In this document: positions 38,177 through 50,570 of the stretch, piece after piece
How the letters are laid out: each line of letters begins with the position of its first letter
How positions within the stretch are numbered: position 1 is the first letter of the stretch
Assembly (NCBI GenBank): GCA_951406725.2
Contig: OX597824.1
Location: forward strand, 25,792,001-25,856,000
Direction: 5' to 3'
Length of the DNA stretch: 64,000 bases
Origin: Octopus vulgaris
Taxonomy: Eukaryota
Position numbers and translations under genes: made by a program
Notes under the pieces: generated by a model
What the model saw: the letters and a program-made list of their open reading frames with translations, nothing else
What the model was told of the DNA's origin: nothing
Databases searched by the model: none

Positions 38177-39289
38177 ATGTATATATAAAATATATATATA
38201 TATATAGAAGCACTCTATCGGTTACAACGAGAAGGGTCTCAGCTGATACAATCAACGGGACAGCTTGCTTGTGAAATTAACATGCAAGCGGCTGAGCACT
38301 CCACAGACACGTGTACCCTTAATGTATTTCTCGGGGAGATTCAGCATGACACAGAATGTAACAAGGCTGGCCCTTTTGAAATACAGGTACTACTCATTTT
38401 TGCCAGCTGAGTGAACTGGAGCAACGTGAAATAGAGTGTCTAGCTATAGGACACAACATGGCGCTGGGAATTGAACTCACGATCATAAGGTTGTGAGCTG
38501 AATGTCCTAATCACTAAGCCACGTGCCTTCACACACACACACACACGCACATTTATATATATATATCTATATATATATATATGTATATATACACTACTGT
38601 TTTTTTCTGTTATCTTGGTGCTGTACGGTGGTTTAATTAAGACTTTAGCTCTTATTTCTAGCAGTTGTACACTTTTAAGCATCCTTACGCTTCATGCAAA
38701 TTTGTAATTTATAGCTAAATAATGCTATTTGCCTGCGAACCACCTATGTTACTTCTGTTGATACCATCAATTTTAAATTTTATCCACAGATGGCGTAGGA
38801 GTGGCTGTGTGGTAAGTAGCTTGCTTACCAACCACATGGTTCCGGGTTCAGTCCCACTGTGTGGCACCTTGGGAAAGTGTCTTCTACTATAGCCTCGGGC
38901 TGACCAAAGCCTTATGAATGGATTTGGTAGACAGAAACTGAAAGAAGCCCGTCGTATATATGTATGTATGAGTTTGTGTGTCTGTGTTTGGGCCCCCCCA
39001 ACATTGCTTGACAACATTGCTGGTGTGTTTACGTCCCCATAACTTAGTGATTTGGCAAAAGAAACTGATAGAATAAGTACTAGGCTTCCAAAGAATAAGT
39101 CCTGGGGTCGATTTGCTCAACTAAAAGGTGGTGCTCCAGCATGGCCGCAGTCAAATGACTGAAACAAGTAACAGAGTAAGAGGTAAGTGTGACCAACAGT
39201 CAGTGGGAAAACTGGTTTTGAACGAATATACATTTATTTATTGAGAGAATGTTGATTTGCTTAATAATGTGGATATATATATTTCTATA

Positions 39290-39621
39290 GAAGGCGCATG
39301 GCTCAGTGGTTAGAGCGTCGAGCTTACGATCGTGAGGTTGTGAGCTCGAATCCCGGACCGGGCTGCGTGTTGTGTTCTTGAGCAAGACACTTTATTTCAC
39401 GTTGCTCCAGTTCACTCAGCTGTAGAAATGAGTTGCGACGTCACAGGTGCCAAGCTGTATCAACCTTTGTCTTTCCCTTGGATAACACTGGTGGCGTGGA
39501 GAGGGGAGGCCGGTATGCATGGGCGACTACTGGTCTTCCATAAAACAACCTTGCCCAGACTTGTGCCTCAGAGGGTAACTCTCTAGGTGCAAACCCATGG
39601 TCACTCATGACCGAAGGGGGT

Positions 39622-39625
<4 letters not shown>
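39290..39625 (+). mobile_element. tRNA-derived SINE family B
   Basis: GGCGCATGGCTCAGTGGTTAGAGCG...TCGAATCCCGG head, cttgagcaagacact core, ends in (TA)n. Confidence 0.85.
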
Positions 39626-39669
<44 letters not shown>

Positions 39670-39739
39670 ATATTAGGGAGTAAATCCAAAATTACAGGGA
39701 ATAATTAGATTTAGGATTAAATCTAATTTTACAGTATAA

Positions 39740-40035
39740 ATATATATATCAAATTAGAGATAAAACCACTATTAGGCAAATCAAACAGTGAAAAACATAA
39801 ACCAAAACATAGAAATAAAAAATAATAATAAAAAAAAATAAAAATAATAAAATATATATATATATATATATTTTATTATTTTTATTTTTATTTAAAAAAT
39901 TTTTTTAATTATATATTTTAATTTTTATTTTTATTTTGTATATTATATTAATTAATTTTATTTCTATGTTTTGGTTTATGTTTTCCACTGTTTGATTTGC
40001 CTAATAGTGGTTTTATCTCTAATTTAATATATATA
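39740..40035. repeat. AT-rich long inverted repeat
   Basis: aattagagataaaaccactattaggcaaatcaaacagtg...catagaaataaaa pairs with 39953-40035. Confidence 0.9.
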
Positions 40036-40325
40036 TATATATATATATACACTCATACACACACACACACACACATACATACAAGACAGGGTTCTTTCTG
40101 TTTCACTCTTCTAAATCCACACACAAGGCTTCAGTTGGCCTAGGTCTATAATAGAAGACACCTGCCCAAAGGTACTGCACTATGGGACTGAACTCAAGAC
40201 TTCATGACTACGAAGCAAGCTTCTTAACCACACAGGCAAGCCTGCAATTCATAAAAACATTTTTTCTTTTGTTGTTGCTTTTATTTAACCATTGACTTTT
40301 CTTTTTCTCTCCCCAATTCTTGCAG

Positions 40326-40411
40326 AAACTGTGTAACCCTAGAATTGTGAAGTTAGCTGGGTCCATTCTAATTTTACTGGCCAAGTCAAGTACAGCGCAA
40401 GAGGTTGAGTT
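40326..40411 (+). CDS. ATRIP: ATRIP coding exon 7
   Basis: ttgcag|AAA. KLCNPRIVKLAGSILILLAKSSTAQEVE, donor TT|gtaagt (phase 2). Confidence 0.85.
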
Positions 40412-42190
40412 GTAAGTTTCTATAAATTTTGGTCTCCATGTAGCAGACCCATCCATGATAAAAGACAGTCTGGCATTAGCTATGCCATCTTGTTCATTCT
40501 TTTTCTTTTCAGTCATAGTGTCTCTTGGATTACATTGTATAAAGTGGCTGTGTGGTAAGTAGCTTGCTTACCAACCACATGGTTCCGGGTTCAGTCCCAC
40601 TGCGTGCCACCTTGGGAAAGTGTTTTCTATTATAGCCTCGGGCTGACCAAAGCCTTGTGAGTGGATTTGGTAGGCGGAAACTGAAAGAAGCCCGTCATAT
40701 ATATGTATGTGTGTGTCTGTGTTTGTCCCCCCAACATTGCTTGACAACCGATGCTGGTGTGTTTACATCCCCATAACTTAGCGATTCGGCAAAAGAGACC
40801 GATAGAATAAGTACGAGGCTTACAAAGAATAAGTCCTGGGGTCGATTTGCTCGACTAAAAGGTGGTGCTCCAGCATGGAAAAAGTAGTGTAGTGTGATTT
40901 GACTAGTTACTTGTTTGAGGCTCCCTTCTTGGCTTGTAGAACAAACGATTTGTTTTGTAAACTTATGTATTTTGGTTGTTTTAAAATGGATGGAAGCACT
41001 CCGTCGGTTACGACGATGAGGGTTCCGGTTGACCCGACTCAACGGAACAGCCTGCTCGTGAAATTAACGTGTAAGTGGCTGAGCACTCCACAGACACGTG
41101 CACCCTTAACGTAGTTCTTGGGGATATTCAACGTGACACAGAGAGTGACAAGGCCGGCCCCTTGAAATACAGGTACAACAGAAACAGGAAGTAAGAGTGA
41201 GAGAAAGTTGTGGTGAAAGAGTACAGCAGGGATCACCACCATCCCCTGCCGGAGCCTCGTGGAGCTTTTTAGGTGTTTTCGCTCAATAAACACTCACAAC
41301 GCCCGGTCTGGGAATCGAAACCACGATCCTATGACCGCGAGTCCGCTGCCCTAACCACTGGGCCATTGCACCTCCACTGTTTTAAAATAATGTATGTGGA
41401 GTGGTTGGTATTAGGAAGGGCATCCAGCCATAGAAACCAAGCCAAAGCAGATTGGAGTCTGGTGCAATTCTCCAGCTTACCAGTTCCAGTCAAGCTGTCT
41501 AACGCATGTTAAATGGTGATGGTGATGATGATGATGTCATATATATGTGCATGCTTGAGTGTGTGTCTGTGTTACTGTCCCCTCGCCTTGACATTGTGTG
41601 ATAATTGTAAACAAGTGTCACTCTCATACAAGTGGTGACCTTCACTTCCAGCATTACTCTTTTACCTGTTTCCTTCATTTTGACTGTGGCCATGCTGGAG
41701 CACCGCTTTTAGTCAAACAAATCAACCCCAGGACTTATTCTTTGTAAGCCTAGTACTTATTCTATCGGTGCCTCTTGCCGAACAGGGATATGTTCAAACT
41801 GACCCGATTTTACCTTTCACACCTGCCCTGCAAAGTCATTCTAAAAATGTACCACCACATCATTGAAATCGCAAAGCCACACGATAATGCATGATTATTT
41901 CAAAACAATGTGAATAAATAAATATAACATTTGATAAAGTAATCTGAATGCTAAAGGGTTGAATAATTGATATATATATATATATCTGTGCAGGTGGCAC
42001 GTAAAAAGCACCCACTACACTCACGGAGTGGTTGGCGTTAGGAAGGGCATCCAGCTGTAGAAACATTGCCAGATAAGACTGGAGCCTGGTGCAGCCTTCT
42101 GGCTTCCCAGATCCCCGGTCGAACCGTCCAACCCATGCTAGCATGGAGAACGGACGTTAAACGATGATGATGATGATATATATATATATA

Positions 42191-42493
42191 CTAGCAGTAT
42201 CACCCGGCGTTGCTCGGGTTTGTAAAGGAAATAACTATATAAGCATTTTTAGAGAGTTACTTCCCTTATATAATAGCAAAAAATGCATTAAAAATGGGAA
42301 AAAATGATGGTAAATTTTTTTTTAAATCGTAGCCTCATTGTAGACACGCGCTAATACCCAGGAGGGCTCAATATGAATCACGACTATAAGATACCCGCTT
42401 TTGGTTAAACTGCACCGCAAAATGTGGGAGTAGTTAGGAATCTAAATCGTAGGAGACAGACACCACACAACTTTTCTTTTATATATATATAGA
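42191..42493 (-). mobile_element. Non-autonomous Helitron, copy 2
   Basis: Same TC/CTAG termini and subterminal hairpin; inserted in (TA)n. Confidence 0.88.
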
Positions 42494-44444
42494 TATATAT
42501 ATACATACATATATATCTTCAAAACGCGGAGTAGATGAAACAGGGACAACTGAAGAAGGGGAATATTCTTTATGTTGTATGTCTCGTTTCTCTGTTTTTT
42601 TTCGTTGTTCGAAAAAAATTCGTTTCTCTGTTTTTGTTTTCATGTTTTCGTTTCTCATTGTGTTCAACGTTTTTTTGATGTCCTGTACCCATATATGCAT
42701 GTATATATGCATATATATGTAAGTATGTACATATATGTCTGTATATATGCATATATTTATATATTATTTATATTATTATTATATATATGTACACACACAC
42801 ACATACACACATGTATATATTCCAACCCATGCCACCATGGAAAATAGATGTTGAATAATGATGACATATATTGTATTTTAAATCCTCAAAAATTTGTCTC
42901 TCAAACTTATGTACACATAGGCAGTAATTTGACTGTCGTAAAGAAGCTTATATTCTCTCATACACGCACACATCAGTCACTTGCCTTCTAGGTAGACAAT
43001 AAAAATTGTTCCTAACCTGCCTAAAACTATAAATGTTTATTATTAAATACAGAAAGTAAATGATTTTTTTATAAAAAATTTAATACTACAATACTCGATC
43101 CTCGATAGATATTCTAATGTTAAAACAAACAATTTCCCTATCACTTTCAGCATCATTATATACCTACTAACTCATAACAATCCTTTAACCACCTGCTGTT
43201 GATGTAGCCCCTACATATTTTCACATGAAGGTAGTATGATCTCTACCCTTTTCTCTTTATCATTACAGAATGGGGAGCATGTGTGCATTGTGTCTCTCTG
43301 GTGGCTAAGCTCTGTTTCAGAAATGCTATATTTTAGATGAGTATATATACATTATTTATATTTGTCCTCATTTTGTTTGTTGTTAATACAATGTTTTGGC
43401 TGATATACCCTCCAGTCTTCATCAGATGTCTTGGGAAAATTTCAAACCTTGGTTCTCAAGTTATTTTTCGATGTTGTTGTTATTATTATTATTCAGGTCA
43501 CTGCCTGGAATCAAACTTCAAATCTTGAGGTTAGAAGCCCGCGCTCTTAACCGCTACACTTTATGCCCATGGGCAATTATGGAATGAATTTTAGGGCTCA
43601 TAAATCTAATATTTTCCTATCCCTCTTTAATACCACAAGCATTTCTGGACGTATTAATAACACGCACCAAGTATGGATTCAGGACATCGGTATACGCAAG
43701 CCGGTCTTCACTGGACAATACCTTAACTTCAATTCCCACAATCCATACAGTGTAAAGAGAGGAATTGCTCAGTGCCTAAAACATCGAGCAAAGAATATAA
43801 GTAGTGATCGTGATACGCACCACGAAGAAATGATCAAGCTCAGTAACAATCTATTAAGCAGCAATTACCCCAAAAACATACTATCTACTCCAATTATGAA
43901 GAAAAGAGAGGATGAAACCAATAAACTGTCTACAGTCTGTCTACCCTATGTGAAAGGCCTCTCCGAAAAGATACAAAAGATATACGGCCCATATGACATC
44001 AGGACAGTATTCAAGAGTAATACAACACTTTGCAAATATCTCCTTCGGGTAAAACCACCAATAGAAGAGAATACGACCCAAAACTGCATGTACTCCATCC
44101 CTTGCAGCTGCGGTAGGTTATACAAAGTGAAACATGCCGCCCCCTCAAAATAAGGGTAGAGGAACATCGCAAAGCTGTGACACAGGGAGATATTGATAAA
44201 TCGGATATAGTCGATTATGTATGGAAAAATGGAGACCACCTCCCCCGTGGGATGAAGTTAAAATAATAGATAGAGAACACCACTGGAAAATACAAAAACT
44301 AAAAGAAGCAGCACATATGCTAGGACACAACAACCTCCTAAGCTGACCGAGTGCAGATATGAATAGCATATGGGAACCGGTATTAAGGAAGGGTAGGAAA
44401 TAATTAGATTTATAAGCCCTAAAATTCACTCCATAATTGAACAT

Positions 44445-44517
44445 GGGCATATGGTGTAGTGGTTAAGAGCGCGGGCTACTAACCCCAAGATTCCAAGTTT
44501 GATTCCAGAAAGTGACC
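44445..44517 (+). promoter_or_regulatory. tRNA-derived Pol III A/B-box cassette inside the pLTR (second copy on minus at 43496-43568)
   Basis: GGGCATATGGTGTAGTGGTTAAGAGCGCGGGCT(A/T)CTAACCCCAAGATT..AAGTTTGATTCCAG..AGTGACC: 73 nt with A box, anticodon arm and B-box-like sequence; stems imperfect, so not a functional tRNA. Confidence 0.7.
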
Positions 44518-44603
44518 TGAATAATAATAATAATAATAACAACAACAACAACAACATCGAAAAATAGCTTAAGAATGAGAACCCAGGTTCGAAATTTCCC
44601 CCA

Positions 44604-44647
44604 AAACACCTGATGAAGGCTGGAGGGTATATCAGCCGAAACGTGTT
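44604..44647 (+). ncRNA. Minimal type-I hammerhead ribozyme in the pLTR (degenerate; second copy on minus at 43383-43430)
   Basis: aacac-CTGATGA-a-GGCTG(gagggtatat)CAGCC-GAAAC-gtgtt. The two-copy consensus GAAACGTT|GTGTT has a palindromic stem III, as in PLE hammerheads. Confidence 0.75.
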
Positions 44648-47522
44648 GAAAACAAACAAGATGAGGATAATGTACATAACTCCTCATCTCTTAAATATAG
44701 AACTGTATGAGTATATATAATTGTAATAGTATAAATATATACTCTTTTACTTGTTTCAGTCATTTGACTGCGGCCATGCTGGAGCACTGCCTTTAGTCGA
44801 GCAAATCGACCCCGGGACTTATTCTTTGTAAGCCCAGTACTTATTCTATTGGTCTCTTTTGCTAGGGGGACAAACACACATATATATATACGACAGGCTT
44901 CTTTCAGTTTCCGTCTACCAAATCCACTCACAAGGCATTGGTTGGCCCGGGGCTATAGCAGAAGACACGTGCCCAAGATGCCACGCAGTGGGACTGAACC
45001 CGGAACCATATGGTTGGTTAGCAAGCTACTTACCACACAGCCACTCCTATGCACACTAATCATCATAATCATCATCATTTAACATCTGTTTTCAATGCTG
45101 GCATAGATTGGACAGTTTGACTGAAAACTGATAAGCTGAGGAACTGCACCAGGTTCCAGTCTGATTTGACATGGTTTCTACAAGCCAACCTTCCTGATAC
45201 CAACCACTCCAAGAGTGTGTGTAAATATATATATATATATTCTTTTATTTGTTTCAGTCATTTGACTGCGGCCATGCAGGAGCACCACCTTCGGTTGAGC
45301 AAATCGACCCCAGGACTTATTCTTTGTAAGCCTAGTACTTAATCTATCGGCCTCTTTTGCTGAACTGCTAAGTTACAGGGATGTAAACACACCAGCATCG
45401 GTTGTCAAGAGATGTTGGGGGGACAAACACAGACACACATACATATATATATACAATGGGCTTCTTTCAGTTTCCGTCTACCAAATCCACTCACAAGGCT
45501 TTGGTCAGCCCAAGACTATAGTAGAAGACACTTGCCCAAGGTGCCACACAGTGGGACTGAACCCAGAACCTTGTGGTTGGTAAGCAAGCTACTTACCACA
45601 CAGCCATGCACGCACCTATATTTACATACTAATATATGTATAAATGGTCTGTATATAAAATACTCAGATGTTTTTTGTCTGAAATACACTGGACACCTGA
45701 AGTATTTTCTGGCAGATAGTGTTTGTGTATATATATATATATACTTGACCTGACAGTAAAATCACAAGGTATACTCTTTTACTTGTTTCAGTCATCTGTG
45801 TGCGGCCATGCTGGAGCACCGTCTTTAATCGAGCAACTCAACCCCGGGACTTATTCTTTTGTAAGCCCAGTACTTATTCTATCGGTCTCTTTTGCCGAAC
45901 CGCTAAGTTGTGGGGACATAAACACACCAGCATCGGTTGCCAAGCAATGCTAGGGGGACAAACACAGACACACAAACACACACACGCATATATATATATA
46001 CATATATACGACGGGCTTCTTTCAGTTTCCGTCTACCAAATCCACTCACAAGGCTTTGGTCGGCCCGAGGCTATAGTAGAAGACACTTGCCCAAGGTTCC
46101 ACGCGGTGGGACTGAACCCGGAACCATGTGGTTGGTAAGCAAGCTACTTACCACAGTGCTCAGATTAATTTATGGATCTGTGGATTTCCTTTGCGTGTCT
46201 CTGATTTTAGAATAGGTACACTTGATCTGTGGAATAAGAGTTGGACATCATGCATAGCATCTAACTGTATGTGTTTGTGTGTAAATGTAATATGTGTATG
46301 TGTATATATATCATCATCATCGTCGTTTAACATCCACCTTCCATGCTAGCATGGGTGGGACATATATGTATGTATATACACACACACACACACCGAGGTC
46401 GACTTTGCCTTTCATCCTTTCGGGGTCAAGAAATTAAGTACCAGTTGTGTACTGAGGTCGATCTAATCGACTGTCCCGCTCTCCCAAAATTTCGGGCCTT
46501 GTGCCTAGAGTAGAAAAGATATACACACACACAATCTTCAAGATCAACTAACCATGAAATATGTCAGGATAATCTCCTTTATTTTTCTGTATGTGAAGAA
46601 AATAATATATTCACATGGGCTTAAAGCTGAACTGCAAAAAAAAACTTAAAAACTGTAATTACACACACACACACGCACACACAATTTTGAGGAACAGAGG
46701 ATCTTGAAGTAAATAAAGCTATAAAAAATAGCATGTAGAATATTGAATTTTTTCAAAATCCTATGAATTGAAAAAGTTATTTGTTACCTGTGTGACTCGA
46801 ACCTACTTCTCCTGTAAATGTAAGAGATGTTCTATCATTGAAGCAAAGCCGTCCTTCAAATTTCTCATCCATTTTTGAAACCTTATTCTTAACAGTAACA
46901 GTTGTATGTTGTTGAGTTCCTAAGAATTTATAAAAACATGAGGAATTGAAATTGTAAAGATACCCATGCTGGTGACACTTAAAAAGCACCATCCGAATGT
47001 GGCAGATGCCAGCAACGCCTGACTGGCGTCCGTGTCGGTGACACATAAAAGCACCAACCAATCATGGCCGTTTGCCAGCCTCTCCTGGCCCCTGTGCCGG
47101 TGGCACGTAAAAAGCACGCACTACACTCACGGAGTGGTTGGCATTAGGAAGGGCATCAAGCTGTAGAAACACTGCCAGATCAGACTGGAGCCTGGTGCAG
47201 CCTCCTGGCCTCCCAGACCCCGGTCGAACCATCCATCCCATGCTAGCATGGAAAACGGATGTTTAACGATGATGATGGTGAGGAGGAGGAGGAGCACATA
47301 AAATAATTATTTTTCTGAACAGTGGATTTTGAAGCATATATACATGTGTGTGTGTGTATTTTTGTGCTGACACCACCAAAATAAACAATCTCATTGATAA
47401 TTATGCGAGATTCTGATGATTTTTAGTTGATGACTGATGAGCATGTCCAGATCTTGTGGTTTTTTTTTCCTGTTTTCTGTGTATTCCTTTGTCATTTTTG
47501 CATGCAACACTTTTACACTATG

Positions 47523-47553
<31 letters not shown>

Positions 47554-47980
47554 CATCTAGTGAATCTTTCAAAAAAAAATGGGTGAATGTAGCAAGGATG
47601 GCACGTATGAATGATGAAGCCACCTTGAGCATAATCCTATGAACCCGGCTAAACTTAAAACAGAGAGTTACTTACTTGCAAATAAATGTGTTAACATGTC
47701 ACATTATTGACCGAGGTTACCGTGATCTTTTCCGTAGGCTTTTCTTTCCAGGGATAAACCTTACCTGCTTCCCCCTTTTCACTTTACATCATGACATTTC
47801 TGTGATACACGATCCCTATTCATCGTTCTTTTTTTTCTTTCTTTTTTACGATCCCTTTTGATCGAAAACCTACTCCCCTTTTATTTTTTTATTTTTTTCT
47901 CCCCAAAAAGAAAAGCTCTACTTTGTAATTTGTCCCCTCTGTGTTCAGCCCTGTGTGGCTAATGGCTAATAAAGAAACAT

Positions 47981-48395
47981 AGGCGCAGGAGTGGCTGTGT
48001 GGTATGTAGCTTGCTAACCAACCACATGGTTCCGGGTTCAGTCCCACTGCGTGGCATCTTGGGCAAGTGTCTTCTGCTATAGCCCCAGGCCAACCAATGC
48101 CTTGTGAGTGGATTTGGTACACGGAAACCGAAAGAAGCCTGTCGTATATATGCATATATATATAAGTGTGTGTGTATATGTTTGTGTGTCTGTGTTTGTC
48201 TCCCTAGCATTGCTTGACAACCAATGCTGGTGTGTTTACGTCCCCGTAACTTAGCGGTTCGGCAAAAGAGACCAATAGAATAAGTATTGGGCTTACAAAG
48301 AATAAGTCCCGGGGTCGATTTGCTCGACTAAAGGCAGTGCTCCAGCATGGCCGCAGTCAAATGACTGAAACAAGTAAAAGAGTAAAAAGAAAGAG
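47981..48395 (+). mobile_element. tRNA-derived SINE family A (~400 bp, internal microsatellite), representative full-length copy
   Basis: tRNA-like head, CORE-like cttgggcaagtg, (GAGTAAAA)n tail. Other copies: plus 6245-6610, 26958-27335, 38791-39180, 40544-40878, 56045-56440; minus 1861-2253, 9563-9973, 11305-11711, 17972-18371, 28293-28680, 44741-45052, 45241-45608, 45773-46156, 59556-59950; many partial copies. Confidence 0.9.
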
Positions 48396-48404
48396 TATAT
48401 CTTC

Positions 48405-48700
48405 TTGTCCAATATTTTGAATCGGGGTTCGTCCCTGTTAATGGGGGTGGCCAGATCTACCTCACTCCTACAGCAACTGCTCTCACACCATCTCACACAG
48501 TTTTGGGCATCCTCCCTCCTCAAGCCAACCCTCAGTGTTTTCTCTGACCGACCTCGCTTTCGCAGTTCATTCACTCTAAATTCAAGCACTCTCCTCAGAA
48601 CATGATCCTCATCCCTCTCCAACACATGTCCATACCACCACACTCCTTTCACCCATGTTAGCTGTTCCACCGATTCCTCCAACCCCAGCATCCCCATCAA
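48405..48700 (-). mobile_element. Second RTE family, ORF2 C-terminus and 3' end
   Basis: WWYGHVLERDEDHVLRRVLEF...RKRGRSEKT...REDAQNCVRW motif. Confidence 0.8.
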
Positions 48701-48723
48701 GTCCTCAGCCCTATATATATATA

Positions 48724-49119
48724 CTAGCAGTTTCGCCCGGCGTTGCTTGGGTTTGTAAGGGAAATAACTATATAAGCATTTTTAGAGATGTAAAGTATAA
48801 TAGCCATCTCAATATGGCTAACCACAAAGGGAGGGTGTTACTGTAGCTTTTTACGTTCTGAGATTTAATAATAAATTTTTAGAGAGTTACTTCCCTTATA
48901 TATGCCAAAAATGCATTAAAAATGGGAAAAATTGATGGTAAATTTTTTTTTAAATCGTAGACTCATCGTAGACGCGCGCTAATACCCAGAAGGGCTCGAT
49001 ATGAATCACGACTATAAGATACCTGGTTTTGGTTAAACTGCACCGCAAAATGTGGGAGTAGTTAGGAATCTAAATCGTAGGAGACAGACAGCACACAACC
49101 TTACTTTTATATATAAAGA
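48724..49119 (-). mobile_element. Non-autonomous Helitron, copy 3 (longer form)
   Basis: Same termini, with an extra ~95-bp internal segment. Confidence 0.88.
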
Positions 49120-49177
49120 TATATGTGTGTGTGTGTGTACTTTTCATTTTTCTATATTTGTTTACTTGCTTTCTCAG

Positions 49178-49326
49178 GTTTCTTCCGGCTGTTTCCAGTG
49201 GGATAATTAAAAACTGTTTGGTCTACGAACAATGCTTTGAGGTCCAACTAGCTGGATTGCAACTTTTCCTCAACCTCTGTCATTCACAACAGATTATCAG
49301 TCAAGTGTGCTCCAACAGCAATACCG
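49178..49326 (+). CDS. ATRIP: ATRIP coding exon 8
   Basis: ctcag|G. FLPAVSSGIIKNCL...IISQVCSNSNT, donor G|gtatgt (phase 1). Confidence 0.85.
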
Positions 49327-50263
49327 GTATGTTTGTTTGTTTATTTGTTTTTTTGTCCCTTGTCGTCATCCTTTCCCTTTTTTATTGTTATTTAAGCACA
49401 TGACCATGGCATCTTCCCTGTTTGTATTGGGTGGACAAGCAAGCGTGCCTGTGTGGGCAAGAGGCTTGCTTCCTAACCATGTGGTCTTGGGTTCAGTCAC
49501 ACAGCACGGCACTTTTGAGCAAGGTCTTCTATTATACAGTCCTGGGCCAACCAAAGCCTTGTGAATGGATTTGGTTGATGGAAATTGAAAGAAGCCCATC
49601 ATGTTTGTGTGTGTGTGCGTGTGCATGCATATGTGTTTCCTTGTCCTGACTCTGTGTAAATACTTCAGGCAGTGAGCTGGCAGAAACGTTAGCATACCAG
49701 GCGAAATGCTTAGTGGTATTTCGTCTATCTTTACGTTCCGAGTTCAAATTCCGCTGAGGTCGACTTTGCCTTTCATCCTTGATAAATTAAGTACCAGTTG
49801 CGTATTGGGATCGATCTAATCAACTGACCCACCTTCCCCAAAAATTTGGGGCCTTATTGTCAGTCATACAAGCAGTGTTTATTCACCATCATTTAACATC
49901 TGCTTTCCGTGCTGGCATGGGTTGGCCAGTTTGACATGAGCTGGCCAGGTAGAAGATTGCACCCAGCTTCAGTGTCTGTTTTAGCATGGTTTTTATGGCT
50001 GGTTGCCCTTACTAACACCAACCACCCGACAGAGTGGACCGAGTGGTTTATTCAGCAGAAATTTATCTGACCATAGGGAACATATTACTTTGCCTGGAAA
50101 CAGGTAGAGGTTGGTGACAGGAAGGGTTCCCGCCACAGAAAATCTGCTTCAGTGAACTTTGTCCAACCCATGCAAACATGGAAAATGGACAGCGGCGGCA
50201 GCTGACTGACTGACTGATTCTGACAATGGCTGACTTGACTCTATATGACTTTTCTGTTTCCAG

Positions 50264-50355
50264 GTGAATGCCTCCTAGCAACCATATACAACATGAGTTA
50301 CCAACTATTGAGAGATTCAGCCGAATGTAAGGTTCCTATGCAGCTGTACCATACT
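50264..50355 (+). CDS. ATRIP: ATRIP coding exon 9
   Basis: tttccag|GT. GECLLATIYNMSYQ... (compare vertebrate CSHSEGCLL); donor ACT|gtgagt. Confidence 0.85.
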
Positions 50356-50570
50356 GTGAGTTCATACCTGGTTTTACAAATGCTCCTTGCATATTCAAAA
50401 TAGGTTTCCCTTATTTTTGTTTTGTTTTATGTTTGGTTCTTCTATCTTGTCTCCTAATTGGTTTCCCCTTTTTTTTTTTACCTTTGTGTCATAAAATATA
50501 ACTATAAGAGTTGACATCTGGAAGAGCATCCTGCCATAGAATGACCTACCCAACCCTGCCATAGATCAAA

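Larger units (their letters stand above)
43325..44703 (+). mobile_element. 5'-truncated Penelope-like retroelement (RT C-terminus plus GIY-YIG endonuclease) with inverted pseudo-LTRs
   Basis: About 43640-44403 encodes FLDVLI...YRKP...YLNFNSHNP...LPYVKGLSE...CMYSIPCSCGRLYK(G)ETCRPLKIRVEEH...KLKEAAH with frameshifts. 43325-43635 is the reverse complement of 44377-44703. Confidence 0.92.

Noticed and set aside
39290-39365. tRNA-like sequences here and at 29745-29816 and 44445-44517 as real tRNA genes
   Set aside because: Acceptor and T stems are broken and each continues into a SINE body or pLTR.
42515-42570. (G)AAACGCGGAGTA...CTGAAGA as a permuted hammerhead
   Set aside because: Stem I cannot pair and GAAA is mutated; at most a decayed PLE-like terminus.
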